Positions 54,532-64,000 of a DNA stretch of 64,000 bases are shown one piece after another. The translations under genes were made by a program, and so were the position numbers. Under the pieces are notes generated by a model. It was not told where the DNA came from. It was given only the letters and a program-made list of their open reading frames with translations, and searched no databases. The stretch is taken from the NCBI GenBank assembly GCA_034226945.1, contig CP120453.1, positions 1,426,001 to 1,490,000 on the forward strand, read 5' to 3'. The stretch is from Picochlorum sp. SENEW3. Lineage: Eukaryota. The first letter of the stretch is position 1; the number at the start of each line of letters is the position of its first letter.

Positions 54532-56133
54532 ATGAATAGCAAACATGTGGGGGCATCTGCGGCGAGATCTCGACCGACAAATAATCAGTTGTTGTACAAG
54601 GCCCACTTTCGTTGGAAGCACTATACTGCAGAGTTGGAGCCTGGTACAGACTTGCCAGTCGGAACGGAGGCGTGCGCATCCGTCACGTCGGCGTTTTTGC
54701 AAATTTTAGCGACACTTCATAATGTCGAGGCATGTAGGACGTCGAAACCGAGGAATATACTGAGTATTCTCTCGACGAATACAAGGAGGACCAAAGTGGT
54801 GGAGCTTTCCACAGGAACTCACAGGGTGGCTGATGAGCTTCGGAGGCATTCGTTGTCTGACGGTATGGGAGGGCACTATTCGACAAATTTGGATAGAAAT
54901 CGATATGGCTCGGATAATAATTATCTCTTCACAGTGACCAAATACAACTTGGATGCGCTAGGTCTTTGCCCATGTTTGGTTGATATTGAGATTGTGGACA
55001 CGCGGAATGGGAATGAAGCGAATATTGTGAGTGCTGGTCCAGATGCATGCCGCTGTGATTCTGCAGAGAGGGCGCAGTTGGCCGATAATGCCTTCTTGGC
55101 GGGCACAGCGCAGGATGCTGGAGAACGCAAGAGAAAGCTGCCTCAAAAGATGAAGCGGTCTGCGTCTCATCAAAATGTGGCGAATAGTGGAAGTGAGCTG
55201 TTTGATGCGTTGTTAATGGCAGCGACGGGGGAGGGAGTTCCAGACACAAAGTCTCAAGGGGAGGCTCCTGTCAGTTCAAGACAGAGGAGTACCAGGATTC
55301 GTTCGTCAAAGGGGGGTTGGGGATCGTTCAACAACTTTTTATTTTCTCAAGATGATGATGAAAAGCCCATGATGAGGAGGAATTCGGTGTCTATGATTGT
55401 GGAAAATCCAGTGTTGGCGCAGACTGGGGCAGGAGACTCCTTGTTGGTCAATATGAATTCACCAAGTGATCAGGGGGATACAGAGCATGTCGGTGAAGAC
55501 CAGGATCAGCACGTCACGTCTCAATTAGCTCGATTTCATAAGCAGAGCAGTGCTGTGAACTTGGCTCGTTTGGGAGGTGCTCATCCGACACAGGCAGAGG
55601 CAAGGAGGCTGGCAACAGAGAATCGCCAGCTTCGGGAGGAGCGACACAAGTTAGAATTGTCTTTAGAGGAGCACAAGAGTTCATTGAAACAAGCTGAGAA
55701 GAATGCTGAGGAAGCAAAGGCTGCTGCTCGTAAGGCTGCGGATATTGCTGATTCGTTGAGAAAATCTGCTGAAAAATCTGGCATTGCGCTTGATGAAGAG
55801 ATTGTCAAATCCTCCAAATACCTCCCCACCAGCGAGCAGGAAATTGAATTATTAAAGACTGAATTAGCCGAGATCAAAGCAGAACTGCAGACTGTAAAGT
55901 TGGACCCCAAGAATTTGGCCAACTTGGTGGACATGAAGAAGAATATGATGTTTCCATATGCCATGCTGCCAATGTTTGGGATGCCACCTTTGAATCCATT
56001 CGGCGGGATGCCAAACTCGTCGCAACCGTTGCCAAATATGTTCAAGAGTATGCAAAAGGTTGCATCGATGCCTGCCATGCATGGTATTATGTCTCCTCCA
56101 GCTGATGTGAAGACTCAGCCAGAGGAGGAATAG
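54532..56133 (+). CDS. Hypothetical protein: globular N-terminal domain, disordered middle, coiled coil, Met/Pro-rich tail; possible transcription regulator
   Basis: 533-aa open frame; RKRK NLS-like motif; LFDALLMAA short helix; coiled coil. Confidence 0.8.
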   Translation: MNSKHVGASAARSRPTNNQLLYKAHFRWKHYTAELEPGTDLPVGTEACASVTSAFLQILATLHNVEACRTSKPRNILSILSTNTRRTKVVELSTGTHRVADELRRHSLSDGMGGHYSTNLDRNRYGSDNNYLFTVTKYNLDALGLCPCLVDIEIVDTRNGNEANIVSAGPDACRCDSAERAQLADNAFLAGTAQDAGERKRKLPQKMKRSASHQNVANSGSELFDALLMAATGEGVPDTKSQGEAPVSSRQRSTRIRSSKGGWGSFNNFLFSQDDDEKPMMRRNSVSMIVENPVLAQTGAGDSLLVNMNSPSDQGDTEHVGEDQDQHVTSQLARFHKQSSAVNLARLGGAHPTQAEARRLATENRQLREERHKLELSLEEHKSSLKQAEKNAEEAKAAARKAADIADSLRKSAEKSGIALDEEIVKSSKYLPTSEQEIELLKTELAEIKAELQTVKLDPKNLANLVDMKKNMMFPYAMLPMFGMPPLNPFGGMPNSSQPLPNMFKSMQKVASMPAMHGIMSPPADVKTQPEEE

Positions 56134-56222
56134 GAGTGGTCACAAATTTGATGGTTTATTGGTCGATTTCATTATGACTATATATAGAATTCCTAATTTC
56201 TTTTGCAATAATATAGAAAGAA

Positions 56223-58313
56223 ATGGTACTGCTACACGTGATAAACGTTCTGTTGGTGCTGGTGACGGTGCTGCTTCCGAGCATACTGGAGGCCTGCACC
56301 TCGTCTCCTCAGTGGGACCCATACCTGAACGCCATTCTCATATCATGCATGACGGTCTTCTTATTTCAATGGGTATTTTTCGTGTATATTTCCAAGAGGA
56401 TACACACGTGTGTGTATGCAGTCGATCTGTTGCTCATTCTGACAATCATCTTTAATTTGACTTGGATTTCAGAGAGGGCAGATATTCCACAGGTAGTGGG
56501 GCTGTTCAAGCTATTGAGGCTGTTACATACAGTTCCAGCATGTACGAAAATTTCCAGAAAACTTTTGGATATAACCCGTGGGCAGAGGGAAGAATTCCAG
56601 TCGAATATTGGCATCAAGGTGATCAATGGGATCATCTTCCTGGCAACAGTCATGATGATTCTGGTCTACCTCGTCGTCACCGTGACCAATCCACAGAATA
56701 CTTCAGTCTTCTGGAAAGGAGTGGTAGAATTAAAAGATGTGAATGCAGTTCTTACTGCGGTGCAAGGTCTGTCGCAATCCAGCAAGTATAAGCCCTTGTT
56801 CTTGACTGTTGATGGTGCGGTGGTGTTTCAATGGGTGGATCAGCGAGATTTTCCATCTCGAGCACGGTTGCTTGAGGAATATCATTCTTCTTATAATAAT
56901 ATGACATTGTTTGTTGATAGATCTGATGTGGTTGCCGATGAAGCTCTGCAAAATTTGATTGTATCTCTCACAATCATCTCTTTCATGATGCTGTTTGCAA
57001 TTTTGGCATATATATTGCTCTATCAAAGCATGATCAAGACAATCGAAAGGCTCAGTGTCAAAGCTGGAGGGATTCAGACAATCTCGAGGGCTCGGCACCA
57101 GACATGTGTCGACGAAATTGAAGAGGTGTTTGGAGACAACCACGTGGACCAGGACCTGGAAAAGTTCGAGTCGACAATTGAGCACATCATGTATCAATTG
57201 TCTCCCGAAAGTATGATCAACCACTTGGAGCTTAATCCAACGACGCGACAATGGATTACTCACCTGACTGGGTCAAAGAATATGACAAAAAGTAGAGTAA
57301 AACACATAGCAGTTGATGCCACCGCAAGATCTTGGCATCAAAATCTTGCCATCAACAGCTGGAGCCTGGACATTTTGTCACAAGATCTCTCGAGCGCAGT
57401 AACACTTGTCATGCTCATGTTTGATGACCTGTCTCTGATCCATCCCAGTGATACATGTGCAGAGGAGAATCTCAGGAGAGCACAAGAGCAAATGTCATTT
57501 GTGTCCTCTGGCGTGCTGTATAATTTCATCATGATTGCCCAGGCAAATTATTCGACAGAAAACGCCTATCATAATTTTTACCACTCCATTGATGTTACAC
57601 ACGCAACCTTTCTCATTATCAAGGCAATTCAGCAACCAGGCAAGCTGTCCCCTTTGGAAAAATTCTCATTGCTGATAGCAGCTTTGTCACATGACATGGA
57701 GCACCCAGGGCTCAATAATGCGTATCTGGTGAGGACAAGGCATCCGTTAGCAACACGATATAATGACATGTCTGTGCTGGAGAATATGCATGCATGCAGA
57801 CTATTCGAGATTGCCTCAAGCTGTTGCAATGCCAACGTCTTTCAGGATTTGGATGACTCGATGAAGACAGAGGCTAGAAGAATCATAATCCACTCAATTA
57901 TTCATACTGATATGTCCAAACATTTTCCCATGGTTTCGCGAATGGAGATATACAGTGGCATTGATCCAGCAGCCTTTGAGTCTGATGACGATCGACTCTT
58001 TCTGGCTGCCATCATACTCCATGCAGCAGATATTTCAAATCCTGCCAGAGATACAGCAGTCGCATCAAAATGGGCAGGTAATATTCTGACAGAACTGTTT
58101 GCGCAGGGGGATCTGGAAAAGTCCATGGGGCATGTTGTATCTCCCATGTGTGATAGGACCCAGACATGTCTGTATCAAACGCAGAAGAATTTCATTGATT
58201 TCATAGTGCTCCCATTTTATCGGGCGATGGCCGAGATATTTCCAGATTTAGAGGGTATTGTAGATCGAATATTAAAAACTCGGGACTTTTGGATTTTCGA
58301 TGCATCACAATGA
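56223..58313 (+). CDS. Membrane-bound class I cyclic nucleotide phosphodiesterase
   Basis: YHNFYHSIDV, HDMEHPGLNN, SVLENMH, TDMSKH, HAADISNP, QGDLEK; N-terminal TM helices. Confidence 0.93.
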   Translation: MVLLHVINVLLVLVTVLLPSILEACTSSPQWDPYLNAILISCMTVFLFQWVFFVYISKRIHTCVYAVDLLLILTIIFNLTWISERADIPQVVGLFKLLRLLHTVPACTKISRKLLDITRGQREEFQSNIGIKVINGIIFLATVMMILVYLVVTVTNPQNTSVFWKGVVELKDVNAVLTAVQGLSQSSKYKPLFLTVDGAVVFQWVDQRDFPSRARLLEEYHSSYNNMTLFVDRSDVVADEALQNLIVSLTIISFMMLFAILAYILLYQSMIKTIERLSVKAGGIQTISRARHQTCVDEIEEVFGDNHVDQDLEKFESTIEHIMYQLSPESMINHLELNPTTRQWITHLTGSKNMTKSRVKHIAVDATARSWHQNLAINSWSLDILSQDLSSAVTLVMLMFDDLSLIHPSDTCAEENLRRAQEQMSFVSSGVLYNFIMIAQANYSTENAYHNFYHSIDVTHATFLIIKAIQQPGKLSPLEKFSLLIAALSHDMEHPGLNNAYLVRTRHPLATRYNDMSVLENMHACRLFEIASSCCNANVFQDLDDSMKTEARRIIIHSIIHTDMSKHFPMVSRMEIYSGIDPAAFESDDDRLFLAAIILHAADISNPARDTAVASKWAGNILTELFAQGDLEKSMGHVVSPMCDRTQTCLYQTQKNFIDFIVLPFYRAMAEIFPDLEGIVDRILKTRDFWIFDASQ

Positions 58314-58323
58314 TTCCTCATCT

Positions 58324-59755
58324 TTATTGAAATGTAACCTTGACACGAACCGGCGCCATGAGCCTGGTATCATTTATTGTAAACATTGCCCCAGAGGAGC
58401 CGACATGACCATTTGGTTCGCTACTTTCAGAGATTGTTATCAAATCCTTTAGTTTCTTGGGCAAGTTGTCTCGCGTCATGTGCTCCAACGCACCCCTCAT
58501 GTACAGATTCATGTGACCATATGACACTGAAGGTGCCGATATGTACTCCTTCAGAGAAGGATGCTCCAGCAATCCAGATACAAACTCTTCCAGTGTTATA
58601 CTATGTGATACATTCATCCTGAGAGCAGGGGAGCAAACAATGCAGTCGGTACTCTTTTCATATGACGAGGTGAGGGTATATATTGAGTCTGTCCCAACAT
58701 ACATGAGCATATTATCAAGCCCCAAACTGCACATGGAGATAATCTTTAGGGTCTCTATAGTACACATTCCTGCTACTATCGCATTTGTCGAAGCTATTGC
58801 TGGAATAATGTTCTTTACAACGCCCAATGTAAGCTGATACGTCACCCCTCCAATCCCATATTGTGCTGCTCGCTCACATGCCTTTTCATACACCCATGAC
58901 ACGTGGTCAGGATTATCCCCATCAAACTCTTCATGAGGATGCTCATTCGGCCATTGAACAAGCTTGGCATATTCAATACAGTGCGGTGCTGAGCGAGGCG
59001 TCTCTGCCAGTGTACACAGAGGATACTTTACCTGTGGAGGAAACAACCACAGCGTGCACTCAAAGCATGGAGTGATTCCTGGTAACAGGACACGAACATG
59101 CCCTTTGAATCCTTCGGTTCCACCGTCTATGATGGGTTTTATCGTCGAAATCTCCGGGGCTCCATCATCATTGTATTCTAAAAACGAGCAGGCTACTGCA
59201 TTCATATATCTTCTCGCCTCCAAGGAATCCAACCCCAGCACAATCACATGATGATCTCTGTAAAAATCCAAAGGCTTTTCTTGAATAGTGCATACATGAG
59301 GTGTCACCGTGACACCTTCGATTCTCTCCATAATGCGCGAAGCAGCTACAGTAGCTTTTGGCTTTCCAACATCATGCGGCCTGCATCCACAACATACTTG
59401 TGAGCTCAATGCTGCTCCTGTGCACTATTGCTTTCACACGCACGTACCGGAATAAAAACTGCCTGTTGAGATTCGATACATCGATGGTATCCATATCAAT
59501 GACATCGATATTCCCAAACCCAGTCAGTGCCAAGTCTTTCAAGAGCTCACACCCAAGTCCTCCAGCCCCGACAACAAGAATCCTGCACAAACAGCCGTCA
59601 TAGCGTTGTTTATGTGTGCATTTATACCATTTATTCGTGACTTACCTGCAATCATGCCGAATAAAATCGAGAATTTCGGGTCCTGGTTCAAAGCCAGGAC
59701 CAACGACATGTCCCGGCCTTTCCAACAAATACTGCAAGCCCTGCCACTTTCCCAT
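58324..59755 (-). CDS. UBA3: NEDD8/RUB-activating enzyme E1 catalytic subunit; introns 59583-59645 and 59381-59447
   Basis: [59 protein letters not shown]. Confidence 0.95.
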
Positions 59756-59932
59756 CTCCTCATACAGTGTGGTATCAAGATATATCTATATATGTACGAA
59801 CGATTTGCTGCGATGCAAGAGCCATCGCCTATTCTTTTTGATTTTTAATACCATTTATTAAGGAATATTTTTCAAGAAAAATGAAAAAAAAAAAAGCGTA
59901 AAAAATGCATTAATTTACCAATCATCCTGATC

Positions 59933-62452
59933 CTAGTGGAAAAATAGATGGTCAAAAACATTCTTGCTCTTTTGCAGGCCAACTTTGGCACCTCTTGCTG
60001 TGGTTCTCCTCATGGGAACCTGTGCCAGAACAGCATGCCTCTCATTCACTGGAACGCCTTTATATGCCTTCCATAATGCTGCTGGGGTAGGGTATGCTTG
60101 AACGATTGAAGCACACACTTCTGGCCCGAGTCCAGGGACTTCATTCAGCATTTGGGCCCACATGTCCTGCAGTGTCATCAAGCCCTTTTCAAAGTTGGCA
60201 CAGTGATTGAAGAATTCTGAGAATGAGGGGCATCTTTCTACAGCAGCGCCACTGCGAGGTTGTACGCTTTGTGATTGATAGAACTGTGTGATGGATTGCG
60301 TCATATTCTTGTACAAGGACAGCGTCTGTGCCACATTCTTGGTGCGAATCACTCGAAACCCGTCAATTGTGCTGGTTTTTGCGCAAGCGGTGCAGACTAA
60401 TTTATAGTCCGAAGACGAAGATAACAATTCCACTTGCCCTTCCACCAGGTAGTACAAATTGTTCAACCCACAATGCTTGAGTCTATACTTTTGATTGTGG
60501 TACCTACCAGATTCTTTGATGGACTGTATAAGATCTTCTACAGACTTTCTCTCCACAATGTAGTCCAAAATATATTCTTCGTTCATTCTCCCTTTCCGTC
60601 TTGCAACCCATGCGACATCTCCCACGGGAATGGTTCGAGTCTCCACAATGCAGCCCATCTGGCGAATCCTGTTCAGATGAGATTCCAGTGATTCGCCATT
60701 AGACCTGCTCGTGGCCGTTCTAAAGTATCTTTCTCTAATATCTACCAATAATACAATGTCGTATTCCTGCAGGAAGGACTGTCCTGGCGATAATGGCGGC
60801 AGGCGAACCTTACATGCATGCCCATGCAGATCTTTCTGCTGTGTCACTTGAACATTGGCATCTCTCTCGCACATGACGGGCCGGGTTCTGCGACCAAAAG
60901 AACTTTGATTTGGAACAAAATCATTTGCAAGAAAAGACGGTTGGCTCGAGGATTCGGGTTCCAACGATGTGACCCTATCACTACGATTGATTATCATTCC
61001 CCCGTCTTCACCACACTCCTCATCCGAAGAAATCACATCAATCACATCACGATCATGAATGGATGCTTTCAGGGAAGAGAAGGGCTTCTCTCGCGTGCTC
61101 GTTGACGGCACGTCATGCCCAACCCGTTGGGAACCCTGCTTCATCTCCCAACGTTCCAAGAGCGACGAGTCCAGATCCATATCGGCATCCATATGTTGTT
61201 GTGGCGCATCTCGAGTAGCACCATCATGGACGGGAAGCCCGGGCTTTTCGTCGATTTTACCTCGGACCACAGCATCCATGTACAATCTCTCAGCTAAGAC
61301 GGCACCATTTTCTGTCAGGCTAATCTTCTTCGGGTTTCCCCACGAATACGCCAGATTATGATTCACTAGAGACTTGAAAGAGGACCACCCATTATAAAAA
61401 GATCTTGTATACTTTGTCCCAGGCGCTGTGCTACCCTCTGAGAAGATTGGCTTGTTTGAAAGACAACTAGCTTCTGCCACATGCATCAACTCGTCCTTTG
61501 TCAAATACTCTTGCCTGTTCATTCCTTTTTGCTCCACATACAACATGATGAGAAACGTATAGTTCGCAGTCCCTATTTTGGGAACGTAGTCCTTTTTTGT
61601 CGTCACTCTCGACCTCTTGGCATCAGGAGCATCCACCTCCACAGCGTGGCCCATATTCGCCTTCTGCATCTTCTGAACAGCTGGTGGTACAATGCTAGAT
61701 CCCGGATTCCTAACTGGCTTTGCAGCTCGCGGCACAACACTTGCGACATTCCCACCGACCGACACTGGCATGGGCACCTGTCCCCCCTTCCCACGGCGAC
61801 GATGCAAAGCCAACAATTGCTCCGCAGCACGCGTCCTATCCTGCCGAGACCGCCCAATATCAACTGCTGTCATAGAAGAAGAAGATGTGGAAGGGAAACG
61901 GAGCCCACTGTCCAATCGCCACTTCCCTTCTTCAAACCTCACCAGCTCCTCCCCACTAGGCCTCTCTGGAGGGTACAACTGAAACAAACTGGAATCCACG
62001 ATACCCGCCATCTTGGGACCAACCCCCTTTACAAGCATGAAAGATTCCACATCAAACACTGGCAACGGATGGTCCCGCAGACTGTCCATGGCAACCTTGA
62101 TATTCCGAGAGAAATTGCTCCACCTCTGTTGTTGGTCGCCACCCTCCTCCTGTGGCTCCATCGGTGCACTCTGATATCTCTTACGAATCTCACTGCATCT
62201 CATATTGACCATTAGAAGAAGAATCAATCATTAGAACCGCCTAAAAACCAAATCCAGCTCAACCTCAAGTGGTTGTTGAGCACGATGATCTGTTCAGACA
62301 AGACAAACGCACACTAGGAATGCATACAGTATATTATTGGATGGAACAATGCATGAAAAACTATCAGGGAAGCATTCCACCGCCTGTGCAGCACTATCCG
62401 CTTCCTTTGCCAACCCGGCAAAGGGTTCCTTCTGGTGTCGATTCGCTGCCAT
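59933..62452 (-). CDS. MUS81: Crossover junction endonuclease MUS81; intron 62193-62312
   Basis: N-terminal HhH (KGVGPKMA), winged helix (YVPKIGTANY..GWSS), ERCC4 domain VDIRE..GDVAW..VERKSVEDL, C-terminal HhH. Confidence 0.93.
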
Positions 62453-62500
62453 TGAGGAGAGAGCCTCAGTGCCTTCTACCACCAGTACATCTTCATTATT

Positions 62501-62520
62501 AATAATAATAATAATAATAA
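62501..62520. repeat. (AAT)n microsatellite
   Basis: AATAATAATAATAATAATAA upstream of MUS81. Confidence 0.8.
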
Positions 62521-62722
62521 CAACTGTAGTACTGTATTACATCTGCGTAGGTAGCAATACACCCAATCTGCTTCTTTTTCAAACATGAACAGCAGTCTAG
62601 ACTGCCAAATGCCATGGCATTGGTCCCCTTGAAATTGTCATGAGGTTCTTGGACAGATGGCGACTCGCGCATTCTCTATACCATGACTATTATAAGTTTC
62701 ATCAGACATACCACTCTGTGTG

Positions 62723-63351
62723 ATGACGAATGATTATGTATGTATGACGACCACAATGGACCAGAATGTTGCCAAGAATTCTCTACCAGACACAGCCCCT
62801 AGGGGCTGTGTCCAGGGCGATGACCGACCATCCAGCGATCGTTCATCATCACCTGAGAGAATTGAACGTGTACAGACTACCAAGAGGACGACTGAGAAAC
62901 GAGGATCGTTCATTCCCAGAACATGTTTCAGGTGAGTTTGGCCCCACATTGATGATGGTTCCAGGGTGTGCGATACTCACCAGTGCCACCTACGTCTCGT
63001 AGCTTTTCACAAGATATTATGACATCAAAAGAGGCGATTGAACAAAAATCGGCAGCAAACAAGAGTGGAGAACATCAAGCAAGAAGAACAAGGAGGAGAA
63101 GAGAGTCAAAACAACCACAAAAGTCCGGAGAAGATACCACCCCCGCTGGTTCCATATTTTCAGACACCACAAAGAGATACTTGAAGAGCAGTGGTCTGCA
63201 TTCAGAGCGGATCGAGCGACTGTTGATGAAGTATTTGGGTCCACCCCAGGAAGCATCATCACAAGATGTAGAGTCTACAACCCCATGCCCTTCGCCTCAG
63301 GTTGATCAGTCGAAAACTGACACAGACTATGTGATGCATGAAGCAGTGTGA
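62723..63351 (+). CDS. Hypothetical hydrophilic protein; intron 62932-63002; start codon uncertain
   Basis: AG/GTGAGT..CGTAG/C splice joins two ORFs in frame; low-complexity, charged sequence. Confidence 0.5.
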
Positions 63352-63549
63352 ATTAAAGCACTATCAATACCTCGGGGTCGACATGCATGTGTCCATGCAG
63401 GTCTGCATCATCAATCAGCCTCTGACCTGGCATTCATTGATCCGTCCAAGATTTTCCACTTGAGGGACAGAAAGAGACTTCAAATCCATCTAGATCAAAA
63501 CAGGGTATCTGTGTGCGTCCAATGCCTCTCATTTTCATTAGTTTCTGAA

Positions 63550-64000
63550 TTACATACAATAGAGATAGTCGTTGGATTGTAATAATAATAGAGTACTACC
63601 ATGGTTTTCAACCTTTGCAAAGCCGCGTTTCTGTATACAGTCGTGGCCATGTGTTATATACACGCATCTGGACATGCTATAGAAAGAGGTATGGGATGGG
63701 ATGCATACTCGAGTATTGATGCGGGCAGCGGCTGATGGTATGATGGCTGATGATGCAGGGAGGAAGCTGCTCAAGGGAGGTGGTGGGTTGGGCTTGTCTG
63801 CTGGAGGCGTTGCATCTACTACAGTGTCTTGTACAACGACTCCTGCGGCATATATTGCTTCAAATCCAGATCTGAGTATCTTCAATAGTGCATTGGAATC
63901 TGTTGGGCTGTCTACATCTCTGAATTCGTACTATTCTGCATACACAATCTTTGCTCCAACAAATGCTGCATTTACACGCCTGCTCAGTCAGGAGGATACA
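63550..64000 (-). CDS. Probable internal exon(s) of a gene entering from beyond the window
   Basis: Open frame YEFRDVDSPTDSNALLKILRSG..PNPPPP with flanking splice-like sites; boundaries unresolved. Confidence 0.3.

Noticed and set aside
61481..62215. 244-aa plus-strand ORF
   Set aside because: Antisense shadow of MUS81 with no domain features
19..62452. POLK, MCM8 and MUS81 as a DNA repair gene cluster
   Set aside because: Scattered over 60 kb among unrelated genes; chance is sufficient

Overview
Gene-dense eukaryotic nuclear DNA from a compact green-algal genome (Trebouxiophyceae, Picochlorum-like; this assignment is inferred from short GT-AG introns of about 60-130 bp, TGTAA poly(A) signals, plastid-targeted genes and very short intergenic spacers). 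It carries about 32 protein genes, mostly housekeeping: Pol kappa, pyridoxal kinase, ApgM-type mutase, CruP, LSM7, CIA30, VPS13, a JmjC demethylase, RPS6, MCM8, TyrRS, a CobW GTPase, an M28 peptidase, a PDE, UBA3 and MUS81. One tRNA-Asn is present. The most notable items are: (1) an intron-containing gene of about 1460 aa fusing an Mrr-like nuclease to a Type ISP/ResIII-like SF2 helicase, with no recognisable methyltransferase; (2) a 600-bp non-autonomous hAT element with TIRs and a perfect 8-bp TSD; (3) a highly structured RPS6 intron with snoRNA-like modules closed by a long-range stem; (4) a divergent nuclear-encoded F1-ATPase alpha paralogue; (5) two spliced orphan genes, one bracketed by degenerate direct repeats; (6) many long perfect palindromes in promoter spacers. 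All calls come from manual reading of the sequence; no searches were run.
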